Shown: positions 49,521-59,048 of the stretch, one piece after another
How the letters are laid out: the number at the start of each line of letters is the position of its first letter
How positions within the stretch are numbered: position 1 is the stretch's first letter
From: Alphaproteobacteria bacterium
GTDB lineage: Bacteria; Pseudomonadota; Alphaproteobacteria; SHVP01
Reading direction: 5' to 3'
Length of the DNA stretch: 64,000 bases
Assembly: GCA_016869765.1 (NCBI GenBank)
Contig: VGES01000018.1
Span: forward strand, 1,307-65,306
Notes under the pieces: model-generated
Seen by the model: the letters and a program-made list of their open reading frames with translations, nothing else
Databases searched by the model: none
What the model was told of the DNA's origin: nothing
Translations under genes and position numbers: made by a program

Positions 49521-50873
49521 ATGTCCGAGCCAGTGTCGATCGATACCTTCATGGAGGGTGTGAAGAAGCGGAACCCGGGCGAGACCGAGTTCCATCAGGC
49601 GGTCTTCGAGGTCGCCTCGACCATCTTCCCCTACATCGCCGACAAGCCGATCTATCACAAGTGGGAGATCATGCGGCGCATCGCCGAGCCGGATCGCATC
49701 GTCAGCTTTCGCGTTTGCTGGCAGGACGATGCCGGCCACATCCGGGTCAACCGCGGTTACCGTATTCAGAACAACAATGCGATCGGCCCCTACAAGGGTG
49801 GGATTCGTTTTCACCCGTCGGTCAACCAGTCGATCCTGAAGTTCCTGGCGTTCGAGCAGACGTTCAAGAACAGCCTCACCGGCCTGCCGATGGGGGGTGG
49901 CAAAGGTGGTTCGGACTTCAACCCCAAGGGCAAGTCCGATGCCGAGGTCATGCGTTTCTGCCAATCCTTCATGACCGAGTTGTTCCGTCACATCGGCGAC
50001 GACATCGACGTGCCGGCCGGCGACATCGGCGTCGGCGGACGCGAGATCGGCTACATGTTCGGCCAGTGGAAACGCCTGACAAACCGCTTCAACGGCGTGC
50101 TCACCGGCAAAGGTCTCGAATACGGCGGCAGCCTGATCCGCCCCGAAGCGACCGGCTATGGCTGTGTCTACTTCCTCGAGAACATGCTCAAGCACGATCT
50201 GAAGGCCGAGATCGAAGGAAAGACGGCGCTCGTATCTGGCTCGGGCAACGTCGCCACGTTCGCCGCGCAGAAGATCAATCACCGCGGCGGTAAGGTGCTG
50301 ACACTCTCCGACTCGGACGGCTTCATCTACGACCCCAAGGGAATCGATCTGAAGAAGATCGACTGGGTGATCGACCTCAAGACCAAGCGCCGCGGCCGCA
50401 TTGCGGAATACGTCAAGGAATTCGGCGGCGAATTCCACGCCGGAAAGAAGCCCTGGGGCCTCAAAGCGGATGTCGCATTGCCTTGCGCCACCCAAAACGA
50501 GATCGGCATCGAAGACGCCAAAGTCATGATCAAGAACGGCGTCAAAGCCGTGTCCGAGGGCGCCAACATGCCGACCTCGCAGGACGCGACGCACGCGTTC
50601 CTCGAAGCCAACGTCCTGTTCGGGCCGGCCAAGGCCGCGAACGCCGGTGGTGTATCGGTTTCGGGCTTGGAGATGAGCCAGAACGCCGCCCACATCACCT
50701 GGAAAGAGGGCGAGCTTCAGAAGATGCTCCGCGACATCATGGATGGCATCCACGGAAAATGCGCGCAGTACGGGCAGGTCAAAGGTAAGAAGTACGTCGA
50801 CTACGTCCAAGGCGCCAACGTCGCCGGATTCGTCAAAGTGGCGGACGCGATGCTTGCCTTTGGCGTCGTCTAA
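49521..50873 (+). CDS. gdhA: NADP-specific glutamate dehydrogenase
   Basis: It has the GLFDH signature (LPMGGGKGGSDFNPKGKS) and a Rossmann fold (LVSGSGNVA). It is 450 aa. Confidence 0.92.
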   Translation: MSEPVSIDTFMEGVKKRNPGETEFHQAVFEVASTIFPYIADKPIYHKWEIMRRIAEPDRIVSFRVCWQDDAGHIRVNRGYRIQNNNAIGPYKGGIRFHPSVNQSILKFLAFEQTFKNSLTGLPMGGGKGGSDFNPKGKSDAEVMRFCQSFMTELFRHIGDDIDVPAGDIGVGGREIGYMFGQWKRLTNRFNGVLTGKGLEYGGSLIRPEATGYGCVYFLENMLKHDLKAEIEGKTALVSGSGNVATFAAQKINHRGGKVLTLSDSDGFIYDPKGIDLKKIDWVIDLKTKRRGRIAEYVKEFGGEFHAGKKPWGLKADVALPCATQNEIGIEDAKVMIKNGVKAVSEGANMPTSQDATHAFLEANVLFGPAKAANAGGVSVSGLEMSQNAAHITWKEGELQKMLRDIMDGIHGKCAQYGQVKGKKYVDYVQGANVAGFVKVADAMLAFGVV

Positions 50874-50894
50874 CCGTCCCGCGACGTTCGACCG

Positions 50895-50926
50895 AAAAAG
50901 GGCGCGCCCCGCGGCGCGCCCTTTTT
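50895..50926. terminator. bidirectional rho-independent terminator between convergent gdhA and VOC genes
   Basis: It reads AAAAA-GGGCGCGCC-ccgc-GGCGCGCCC-TTTTT: a perfect 9-bp GC stem with a 4-nt loop, flanked by an A5 run and a T5 run. Confidence 0.8.
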
Positions 50927-51933
50927 CATGCGGTCTCGATTAGCTGCTGAAGTGCGCCAGACCCGGGGTTGCGCACCATCATGGCGCGACGACGGCCCAG
51001 AACGGGAAACTCGACGTCTTCGATCGGTGCAAACACCTTGGCGTCGACGGTGCGGCACGCCGCAGCCGCCGCATCGAGATCGGCAACCTCGAAACTCTGG
51101 GCGAGATAGCCGACGTTGGGCGGCACCGCCAGCGCGACGAGGTCGGCGGGTTCATGATTGAGCGCCTGCGCCAGTGCGATCTGGCCGTAACGATGCGCGC
51201 CTTGCAGGAACGTCCAGTGCGTGCGCTGTTCTGGCGGGCCCAAGGGCTCGTCGATGACGATCGCCATGCCGAGCACCTCGGTGAAGAAGTGGACCGCCTT
51301 TTCGCGGGAACGAACGCCCTGGGCGGAAGTGACCACGGGGGAGAAGCCCCGGCGCGTGGTGCCGTGTTCGAGAAAAAATTTGCGCGTCTGGCCGATGCGC
51401 GAGGTTTCATCGTCGCTGTCCAGTTGAATGAGGTTGACGATGACGCCGTCGGGCCCCTCGCACAACACTCCGGTCTCGCGGCCGACGCTGAGTTCGTGGG
51501 TTTTGGGCGGCCACCAGAACTCGTACCCCTTGCCCGAAAGCTCCCGATAGGCCGCTTTCACGTCGCGAACGTAGAAATTCACGTTCATGAGCCCAATCAG
51601 CGTGCGTTCCAGGCCTTCGCGGACCAGACGCCGACGTCGCTCCTTGAAGTCGAGAAGCATGACGCGTCCGACGGCGTGGTCGGCCGCTTGGAGAAGCACC
51701 ACGGTGGCCGTGGTCTCGGGCGCAACCCGCCAATGACGCGCAAACGGTAGACCCCGCCAGGAGCCTTGATACAGCACGTCCATGCCAATGATGCCGCGAT
51801 AGAACGCCAGCGATTCCGCCAGGTTCTCCACGCCGATCACCGCCATGCCAAGCGTCGCGCCGGACTGCCCAGCGGTTACCACCGCTACCCCCTCGGTAAC
51901 CAACCGCCGATCCCCAGTGACCAGTGTGGGCAT
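50926..51933 (-). CDS. two-domain VOC-family (glyoxalase/bleomycin-resistance/extradiol dioxygenase fold) protein
   Basis: It has tandem VOC modules (GMAVIGVENLAESLAFYRGIIGMDV... and FFTEVLGMAIVIDE...). The real start is probably the internal M30 (about 51846). Confidence 0.65.
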   Translation of the reverse strand: MPTLVTGDRRLVTEGVAVVTAGQSGATLGMAVIGVENLAESLAFYRGIIGMDVLYQGSWRGLPFARHWRVAPETTATVVLLQAADHAVGRVMLLDFKERRRRLVREGLERTLIGLMNVNFYVRDVKAAYRELSGKGYEFWWPPKTHELSVGRETGVLCEGPDGVIVNLIQLDSDDETSRIGQTRKFFLEHGTTRRGFSPVVTSAQGVRSREKAVHFFTEVLGMAIVIDEPLGPPEQRTHWTFLQGAHRYGQIALAQALNHEPADLVALAVPPNVGYLAQSFEVADLDAAAAACRTVDAKVFAPIEDVEFPVLGRRRAMMVRNPGSGALQQLIETA

Positions 51934-52060
51934 CGACCCCCTTTGTTTGCAAGCAAGACGCGAGTCACAAACTCGTTTTTCGCGTCAGTGCCGTAGGACT
52001 GCGTATTGTCTGGGGAGCGGCCCCCTGATAATGGTCCGCCCTGCTTTTCCAGGGGGTTTC

Positions 52061-52800
52061 ATGCGTTCTTTCCTTGTTGCGGCGCTGGCGCTGCTCGCCG
52101 TTTCAGCCGTACCGGCCTCGGCGCTCGAGTATGGCGATCACAAGCTCGCGCTGACCGTGGGCGCTACCACGGACTAAGCGTTCCGCGGCATCACGCAGAC
52201 GGGCGGAGAGCCCGCAGTCCAGGCTGCGATCGACTATTCGCACGCGAGCGGGGTCTACGTCGGAGTTTGGACCTCGCGCATCGACTTCAACGATGCCGAC
52301 GGTGGACGGTTCGAGATCGACTACTACGCCGGCTACAAGGGCACTTGGCGAAAGTTCGGCTACGAGATCGGCGGCATCTATTACGACTACCCTGGTGCAG
52401 CCGACTCGCGCGGTTATGACTACGTCGAAGCGAAGTTCGGTCTGTCCTACGACATGGGGTTCGGCAGCGTGACCGGCTCGGTCAACTACTCGCCCAACTT
52501 CTACGCCGACTCCGGCGACGCCTATTACTACCTGTTGGCGACCTCGATCCCGCTCCCCGAGTCCTTCCAGGTCTACGGGCTGAAGCCGATCTTCATCGGC
52601 GAAATCGGCCGCCAGTACGTCAAGGACAACACCGCATTCACCACGCCCGACTACACCCAGTGGAACGCCGGAATCGCCGTGCCGGTGTTCGGCTTCGACT
52701 TCAAGCTGCAGTATCAGGATACGAGCCTGAGCGATCGCGAATGTTCCAATTCGAACAACTGCGGCGCCAGGGTGCTGTTCTCGATCTCCAAGACCTTCTA
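52061..52800 (+). pseudogene. outer-membrane beta-barrel protein of the proteobacterial Gcw_chp/TIGR02001-like family, interrupted by in-frame TAA at codon 39 (52175-52177)
   Basis: The ATG at 52061 gives the signal peptide MRSFLVAALALLAVSAVPASA then LEYGDHKLALTVGATTD-TAA-AFRGITQTGGEPAVQAAIDYSHASGVYVGVW in one frame. The stop sits where the family has a conserved aromatic residue (TTDY-FRGI). The downstream part has no in-frame start of its own until 52454. Confidence 0.5.
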
Positions 52801-52824
52801 GCTAAGGCAAAACCGCACCGGAAA

Positions 52825-52851
52825 GGGGCGCCCGTCGGGCGCCCTTTTTTT
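52825..52851 (+). terminator. rho-independent terminator downstream of the Gcw_chp-like gene
   Basis: It reads GGGGCGCCC-gtc-GGGCGCCCC followed by T7. Confidence 0.75.
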
Positions 52852-52852
52852 G

Positions 52853-54559
52853 TCAGCGGTCGAAGAACTTCAGGAACACCCCCGCGTAATCGATCCGGTC
52901 GTTGGGCAGCAACGCCCATTCCGTGTTTGGTGTCGCCTCATGGGCCCGCCGGCTGTCGCCAAAATTCGGATCCCATGATGGCGATCCGATCAACGTCGGC
53001 ACCTTCACCCTCTTGAGCGCGTCCCCGGTCGCATACGCGAAATGCGCCCGGTAGTGGTGATGGTACATGGTGCCGGCCTTCAGCATGGCGACGACCCGGT
53101 TGTGCACGAACACGGGATCGACCATCGGTTCCTGCCAGATGATGCCCTTGCGCGTGCGTTCGTACCACGGCCAGTAGATGCTCTGGTCGCGCATGGCGTG
53201 CCAACACTTGATGAGATAGCCGCCGTACCAGTCGGGCTCGATCGGGAAGGTGTATTTTTCGTATAGCTCCTTGGCGAACGTTGCGTCGAAATAGAGAACG
53301 CTCGACATCGCCAGGTGTTTGACCGTCGCCGACCGCTGTAGTGCAAGATCGAGCATCACCGAACCGCCGCCCCACATGCCGTAGGCGTCGACTTCCTTGA
53401 GTCCGAGGGAATCGAGCGCCTGCCCGACGACCTCGGCGTATCGAGGCACCGTCACGTTGTTCGTGCCGATCGTGTTGTCGGACTCGCCGTTGCCCGGAAG
53501 ATCGAAGGCGAACGCCGGCCGCTTGCCCATGAAACCGGTTGTGGCGCGGTCGACGATGCGGTTGTCCGAAGCCGCGTCGTGTTGCACGAGGACGGGACGT
53601 CCCGTGCCACTGTCCGTGCGACGAACGTGCAGTTGCCCGCCCACGACATCGACGTAGTCCTGATAGGGCCGATCGGAAAGCGGCTTGGGTCGCACGGGCG
53701 CCGGAGCCTCGCCCTTGGCGAAGCGCTTCAGTTCGTTGAGCACGAATGGCGCGACCGCGGCGCGATCGGGCCCGATGCGTTTGACCTCGACGTTGGCTGG
53801 CAGATTTTTGGGCAGCCGATCGAGGTGCTTGACCAACGTGTCCCAGTCGGAGGCGCAGATCACGACGGGTGTCGTGAAGCGCATCGCCACTTGATCCCCC
53901 GCATAAGCGAACGCCGCCCCGTAGGGCTTGCGATATGCGTCGCCTGCCCGCAGCCATTCCATGGCGTTCCAGTGGATGACGTCGAGCGGCGGCAGATCAC
54001 GATCGGCGCGCCCGGCGAGCGAAGCGCGGTACCACGGGAAAAAGATGAACTGTTCGCGGATGCGCGACCACAGGAGCGCGAGATGTCCTCCGTCCCACCG
54101 CGGCGCGATCGACACCAGGTAGTTCGCGAGAATGTCTGCGCGTTCCTCGGGCGTGAGCGCGACGAAGCCGTTGAGGATCGTGCCGTGGACTCGATTGGGA
54201 TGGCGCGTCGAGAACGCGGCGGCTACGGATGCCCCGGTGTGGAATCCGTAGACCGCGATCTTCGGAACGCCGATGGCGTCGAGAAACTTGGCGATGTTGT
54301 CGCCGTAGTCGTCCATCGTCGGCGCCGCCGGCTCGGGCAGGGGCTCGGAAAGACCGTTGCCCGGCGTGTCGGGCGCGATCACCGTGAAGTGCGAACTCAG
54401 GTGCTCGATCAGCGGGATGTATTCGCGCGAGGACGTCGGCGATTGATGGAGGAGCAGAACCGGCGGACCCTTCCCGGCCCGGCGGTAATGAATCTGCCGT
54501 TTGCCGTCGATGGTCACGAAGTGGCGCTTGATGAAGGGGTGCGGAGCCTCGGTACCCAT
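52853..54559 (-). CDS. internally duplicated epoxide-hydrolase-like alpha/beta-fold protein (paralog B)
   Basis: The ATG at 54557-54559 is preceded by a strong AGGAGG SD and gives MGTEAPHPFIKRHFVTIDGKRQIHYRRAGKGPPVLLLHQSPTSS...YGFHTGAS. A second half follows: GGQLHVRRTDSGTGRPVLVQHDAASDN...DLPGNGESDN. The 641-aa ORF in the track is over-extended upstream. Confidence 0.6.
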   Translation of the reverse strand: MGTEAPHPFIKRHFVTIDGKRQIHYRRAGKGPPVLLLHQSPTSSREYIPLIEHLSSHFTVIAPDTPGNGLSEPLPEPAAPTMDDYGDNIAKFLDAIGVPKIAVYGFHTGASVAAAFSTRHPNRVHGTILNGFVALTPEERADILANYLVSIAPRWDGGHLALLWSRIREQFIFFPWYRASLAGRADRDLPPLDVIHWNAMEWLRAGDAYRKPYGAAFAYAGDQVAMRFTTPVVICASDWDTLVKHLDRLPKNLPANVEVKRIGPDRAAVAPFVLNELKRFAKGEAPAPVRPKPLSDRPYQDYVDVVGGQLHVRRTDSGTGRPVLVQHDAASDNRIVDRATTGFMGKRPAFAFDLPGNGESDNTIGTNNVTVPRYAEVVGQALDSLGLKEVDAYGMWGGGSVMLDLALQRSATVKHLAMSSVLYFDATFAKELYEKYTFPIEPDWYGGYLIKCWHAMRDQSIYWPWYERTRKGIIWQEPMVDPVFVHNRVVAMLKAGTMYHHHYRAHFAYATGDALKRVKVPTLIGSPSWDPNFGDSRRAHEATPNTEWALLPNDRIDYAGVFLKFFDR

Positions 54560-54749
54560 TGGTCCTCCTGCCACAAACTGTTGGGCTTCTACAGAATACG
54601 CCTCAAGCGCTGGTAGAACGCCGAAACAAAGCCAAACTTTTCTGTTGAAACAACGAGTTGACGAATCGTCGCCGGCCAAGTCTGGCACGAATCGGGGCGT
54701 TCCGGGTGCTGGGAAGGCCGCGCGGCGGCATATCTCGATGCCCCAACAT

Positions 54750-56441
54750 CTAGGCTGCCAGTCGCGGCAGCAGCGCACCTGCCCAGCCGCTCATATCGTT
54801 GCCGATGACAACCGACGCAAGAGCCGACGCATGGCCGAGCGCCTGCTGCGTCCCCGGGTGACCCTCCGGGGCCGCGAGGACCGTCGGCACGGGCGCACGC
54901 TTCAGTTCCTCCTGCGCCGGATACCGCCAGTGCGCACCGTAGTGCCGCGACCACATGTTGCCGCACTTCATCATCGAAACGACGCGGCGGTGGACCATGT
55001 TCGGATCGACGTAGGGTTCACGACGGATGATGCCCTTGCGGCTCCGTTCGTACCACGGCCAGAAGATCCCCTGGTCGCGCATCGCGTGCCAGCAGAACAG
55101 CAGGTGGCCGCCGTACCAATCGGGTTGCCAGTCGGGCGTGTAGTGGGCGATCAGTTCCTGGCGCAACGTCGCGTCGTGATAGATCACGTGCGTGATCACG
55201 AGGTTGCGGACCAACCCGGGTTTCAGTTTGGCGAGTTCGAGGCCGGTAAACCCGGACCCCCAGGTCCCGACGTAGTCGCACGCCGAGACGCCCATCGATT
55301 CGAGGGCCTGACGCGTCACCTCGGCGTAGGTCGTGCAGCTGATGTTGTCGTGCCCGATCGTGTTGTCCGATTCGCCATTGCCTGGCAGGTCGAAGGCCAA
55401 CACCGGGCGCTTGTCCACGAAACTCTCGGTCGCCCCCCGGACGACGTTGTTATCGGAGGCCGCGTCGTGCTGCACCAGCACCGGCCGCCCCATGCCGGAA
55501 TCGCTGCGTCGCAGGTGCAACTGGCCGCCACGCACATCGGCGTAATCCTGCCAAGTGCGCCCGGCGATGGGCTTTGGCCGAACGACCGCCGGCGTGTCGC
55601 CCGACGGTGGATGCCGCTTGAAGATCGCCACGACGCGATCGAGCAGAGCGCGCCGATCGCGGCCCAGGCGCTCGACCTTTATGTGCGACGGCAACGGCGG
55701 CAGCCGGTCGAAGTGGGCGTACAACACGTCGAGTTCTAGCGCGATCAGATATCCGGGCGTCTTGATCGGCGCCAAGTAGCGGTCGCCCTCGTACATGAAG
55801 GCCGCGGCATAGGGCTTGCGGTACTCGTTGCCAGCACGGAGGAAGTCGAGCACCTGATGCTGGATACGCTCGGGGGTCGGCATGTCGAAATCGAGCCGCG
55901 CCGAACGAGCCGCCTTGTACCAGGGAAAAAACATCGCCTGCTGGCGGAAGCGGGACCACAACCAGACCAGGTGGCTGCCATCCCACTGGATCTCCATCGG
56001 GGTGAGGTAGTTGGCGAGAATTTCGGCGCGTTCCTGCGGCGTCCAACAGGTCACACCATCGACGACGAACACCGAGACGCGCTCCGGGAAGAGCCGCGCG
56101 AACTCCGAGGCCGTGCAGCCGCCGGTATGAGTCCCAAAGATGCCGCAGTGCCGGATGCCGAGGGCATCCAGCGTGTCGGCCAACCCCCGGGCGTAGTCCT
56201 CGGCACTTGGTTTTTCCAGCGCGAGCGGATCGGAGAGCCCGTTGCCCGGCGTATCCAGCGCAAAAACCGTGAAGTCGCCCATGAGCCGCTCGATCAGCGG
56301 CACGGTTTCGCGCGAGGACGACGGCGACTGATGGCAAAGCACGATCGCAGGGCCGCGACCCGCGCGGCGGTAGTGCACTTGGCGTCGTCCGACTGTGACG
56401 AAGTGCCGACGGATCGTCGGGTGCGGCGCCTCCATGCCCAT
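54750..56441 (-). CDS. internally duplicated epoxide-hydrolase-like alpha/beta-fold protein (paralog C), tandem with paralog B
   Basis: It reads MGMEAPHPTIRRHFVTVGRRQVHYRRAGRGPAIVLCHQSPSSS...FGTHTGG, with a second half GGQLHLRRSDSGMGRPVLVQHDAASDN...DLPGNGESDN. It is roughly 50% identical to paralog B. Confidence 0.6.
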   Translation of the reverse strand: MGMEAPHPTIRRHFVTVGRRQVHYRRAGRGPAIVLCHQSPSSSRETVPLIERLMGDFTVFALDTPGNGLSDPLALEKPSAEDYARGLADTLDALGIRHCGIFGTHTGGCTASEFARLFPERVSVFVVDGVTCWTPQERAEILANYLTPMEIQWDGSHLVWLWSRFRQQAMFFPWYKAARSARLDFDMPTPERIQHQVLDFLRAGNEYRKPYAAAFMYEGDRYLAPIKTPGYLIALELDVLYAHFDRLPPLPSHIKVERLGRDRRALLDRVVAIFKRHPPSGDTPAVVRPKPIAGRTWQDYADVRGGQLHLRRSDSGMGRPVLVQHDAASDNNVVRGATESFVDKRPVLAFDLPGNGESDNTIGHDNISCTTYAEVTRQALESMGVSACDYVGTWGSGFTGLELAKLKPGLVRNLVITHVIYHDATLRQELIAHYTPDWQPDWYGGHLLFCWHAMRDQGIFWPWYERSRKGIIRREPYVDPNMVHRRVVSMMKCGNMWSRHYGAHWRYPAQEELKRAPVPTVLAAPEGHPGTQQALGHASALASVVIGNDMSGWAGALLPRLAA

Positions 56442-56553
56442 GGTTTTCCCCCTAACGTGCCGCTCTGACGGCGGCGATTGGGACTACGCTAGCACGGCGC
56501 ATGAAGTCCGAGTCCCCCCAAGTGTCGAGAGGGTCGGATGATCGACGCCTTCA

Positions 56554-56980
56554 TCACACGGCATCACTCCAATTGAGCAGGGGCCAAAGCCAAGCCAGCC
56601 GGCGTAACGATTCGCGAACGCCATCGCAAACGCCTGAGGGGCCCGCATCGGCAAGCTCGACCCAACGAAAAGCGTCGTGTTCGCGCGAAACGACAACAGG
56701 TTCTCCTTTGTCGGCCTTGGCGGCGTAAGACAAGATCAATCGATACTCGGACCCATTCTGAACCCATGTCGTGTTGATAACCTGCGGGTTCAGCAAGACT
56801 TGAAGGCCGGTTTCTTCGACGATCTCTCTTTTTTGCCGCTACGAGCGGGGTCTCGCCGGGCCCCATTCCGCCCGAGACCGGCTCCCAGTCACCCGGAAAA
56901 TCGGGTCGATCGGGTGCACGCTTCAACAACAGCACTTGGCCTCGCCAGACGACAAGGCCGGACACGACGATCTCGATCAT
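56554..56980 (-). pseudogene. Nudix hydrolase with +1 frameshift in an A6 (coding strand) homopolymer at 56825-56830
   Basis: One frame gives MIEIVVSGLVVWRGQVLLLKRAPDRPDFPGDWEPVSGGMGPGETPLVAAK. After removing one A, translation continues REIVEETGLQVLLNPQVINTTWVQNGSEYRLILSYAAKADKGEPVVVSREHDAFRWVELADA. That restores a textbook Nudix box GX5EX7REUXEEXGU spanning the shift. Confidence 0.6.
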
Positions 56981-56989
56981 CGGCGCACC

Positions 56990-58003
56990 CTACGGTGCGC
57001 TGGCCAAATGAAACAGACAATCGCCGCGCTCGACGCGGCCCGGAACGCGCTTGCACAGAACGTAGCAGTCGTAGCGAAACGTGACCTCGGCCGGAGCGCG
57101 CCAGGGCGTCGCGGGATCGTGGATAGCGCCGGCGCTTTGCCCGGACTTGACCCACTCGCCTAGATCGACCCGAGGTTCAAACAAACCGGGCTCGGGGGCA
57201 TAGAGGTAGGCGCGGTCGCCGCCGATCGATAGCCAGCGCGGCGCGAGCGGTGGCGGTTCATCGGCCCCGGGCCCGCCCTGAAGGATGCCCATGTGGCGCA
57301 ACGCCCGTCGCACGCCGTGTTCGGCATGGCGCAGGCAATCGGGGCTCACCGTGCCCGAGCCGCCGAGCTCGGTGACCATCGTGACGACGCCGGCGCGCAA
57401 ACCTGCGGCGATCGAGGTGCGATCCTCACCGCCCATGCTGATGGTGATAGCGTGCGGCGGTGCAAACGCTTCGAGAAGCGCTCGGCAGCGCGCCGCCAGC
57501 GCTTTGTCGGCGGTGACCCGGATCATGCCGGTCGGAAGATAATGCAGCGACGAACCCCCGGAATGCAGGTCGATCATGAAGTCGCTTTGCGGCAGCAGCA
57601 CGTCCTCGATGAAGTGCGCCAGCATCGCCGTCACCGATCCGTCGGGATCACCCGGGAAGGTGCGGTTGAGGTTGCCCTCATCGAGCGGCGACGTCCGCAG
57701 CCCGGCCATCGCCGCCGGAAAATTCGCCATGGGCATCACGACGACGCGACCGCGAATCGCGCCTGGTTCGAGAGCACGCACCAGCTTCGCGAGGGCCACT
57801 TGTCCCTCGTATTCGTCGCCGTGGTTGCCGGCGAGCAGCAACGCCCGCGGCCCGTCGCCGTTACGAATCGAGACGATGGGAACCGGAAGCCAGCCATAGG
57901 CCGAGCGATGCACCGAGTGGGGCACGCGGAGGTAGCCCACCTGCTTGCCATCGCGGGCCAGATCGATTTCGCAGTGGATTCGGGTCGGCCGGCGGTTGGT
58001 CAT
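56990..58003 (-). CDS. succinylglutamate desuccinylase/aspartoacylase (AstE/AspA, M14-like) family deacylase
   Basis: The ATG at 58001-58003 gives MTNRRPTRIHCEIDL...LLLAGNHGDEYEG...DLHSGGS, the zinc-binding pattern of the AstE_AspA family. The 403-aa ORF in the track over-extends upstream. Confidence 0.7.
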   Translation of the reverse strand: MTNRRPTRIHCEIDLARDGKQVGYLRVPHSVHRSAYGWLPVPIVSIRNGDGPRALLLAGNHGDEYEGQVALAKLVRALEPGAIRGRVVVMPMANFPAAMAGLRTSPLDEGNLNRTFPGDPDGSVTAMLAHFIEDVLLPQSDFMIDLHSGGSSLHYLPTGMIRVTADKALAARCRALLEAFAPPHAITISMGGEDRTSIAAGLRAGVVTMVTELGGSGTVSPDCLRHAEHGVRRALRHMGILQGGPGADEPPPLAPRWLSIGGDRAYLYAPEPGLFEPRVDLGEWVKSGQSAGAIHDPATPWRAPAEVTFRYDCYVLCKRVPGRVERGDCLFHLASAP

Positions 58004-58052
58004 GGCGGGACTCCAGGCGACGAGCCTACAGCACCGGCCTGGGACGATCCAA

Positions 58053-58259
58053 CTAGCGGTCGCAGCGGAAAACGATGCGCCCCTCGCGATCGGTACCGAC
58101 CGCGACCACCTGGGCCGCCGGGCCGGCACAAAACGACTCCATGCTGGCCCGATCCGTGACCACGTCGGGTCGGCCCTGCGGCAGCAGGGCTTCGCAGGCA
58201 CCGAGCAAGATCGGGAGAAGGAGAATAAGGGGGCGCACGATTGGCGCCGTTGGTGCCAT
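58053..58259 (-). CDS. possible small lipoprotein (68 aa)
   Basis: It reads MAPTAPIVRPLILLLPILLGAC with a lipobox, followed by two further Cys residues. The call rests only on the signal peptide and its position between two same-strand genes. Confidence 0.3.
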   Translation of the reverse strand: MAPTAPIVRPLILLLPILLGACEALLPQGRPDVVTDRASMESFCAGPAAQVVAVGTDREGRIVFRCDR

Positions 58260-58274
58260 GACTTCCGGCGAAAT

Positions 58275-58997
58275 TCAACCCTTCCGCAGCCTTTGTCTCA
58301 GGTCCTCGCGCTCGGCCAGCCACAGGTCGGCGTGCGCGATCCCGGCCAGGTGCTCGAACCACGGGCCACCGCGCGTGTAGTGGATCGCCTTACGCGGAAC
58401 TTCGGGCCGCGAGTGGCCTTCGAGCCAGTTCCATCCCTCGGGCAATGGGCCGATCTGCTCCTCGGTCAGCCAAAAAAACCGATGGAGGTCCCGCCCGGGA
58501 ACCGTGTTCACGACGTCGACGGTGAGCGCGGCGTTGGCCGGATGTCGCCGATTCCACAGCACGAGGCTCGACCAGTTCTTGCGCGCATATCGGACCTGGA
58601 GCTGGTTGTCCATCTTGGTGGTTTCCGGCGGTCGGTGGTCGTGCTTGACGCACATCACGGCAAAGCGTGGGTCGGCCAGGGCGAAGAGGTCCGCCACATC
58701 GGCGAGCCACAAAAAATCACAGTCGCAGAACAATGCCCAATCGGCAGACCCGAGGAAGGGCACGAGGAAGCGCGTGATCGCGAACTCGGTGCTCATCGGC
58801 GCTTCGGAGATCACGTCCCACAGACGGCCGTCGCGCACCTCGGTTGGGCGACGGTAGAAGCCGCGGGAGCGCAGCTCCGCGATCTTGAGAGGGGCGATGG
58901 AAAGGTCGGCGCGGCGACTGTGACGGCGCATCGAATGCGCGCAGACATCGTACACCTCGGCCTCGCGTTGGTCCCAGCCCACGAAAACTTCCGTCAC
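58275..58997 (-). CDS. glycosyltransferase family 8-like (GT-A fold, DxD)
   Basis: It has a DxD (FCDCDF) and the GT8-type C-terminal H-x-x-G-x-x-PW motif (IHYTRGGPWFE). Confidence 0.55.
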   Translation of the reverse strand: MTEVFVGWDQREAEVYDVCAHSMRRHSRRADLSIAPLKIAELRSRGFYRRPTEVRDGRLWDVISEAPMSTEFAITRFLVPFLGSADWALFCDCDFLWLADVADLFALADPRFAVMCVKHDHRPPETTKMDNQLQVRYARKNWSSLVLWNRRHPANAALTVDVVNTVPGRDLHRFFWLTEEQIGPLPEGWNWLEGHSRPEVPRKAIHYTRGGPWFEHLAGIAHADLWLAEREDLRQRLRKG

Positions 58998-59048
58998 GCG
59001 CGCCCCTTCTTGGTTGCCCCGCTCACGCTAGAGGCCGAAGTGGCATTG

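Noticed and set aside
51934-52060. Imperfect inverted repeat ACGCGAG-N-TTCGCGT and CTGATAATGG upstream of the beta-barrel gene, as a possible regulator binding site
   Set aside because: The arms are short (6-7 bp) and imperfect, and there is no match to a recognisable consensus.
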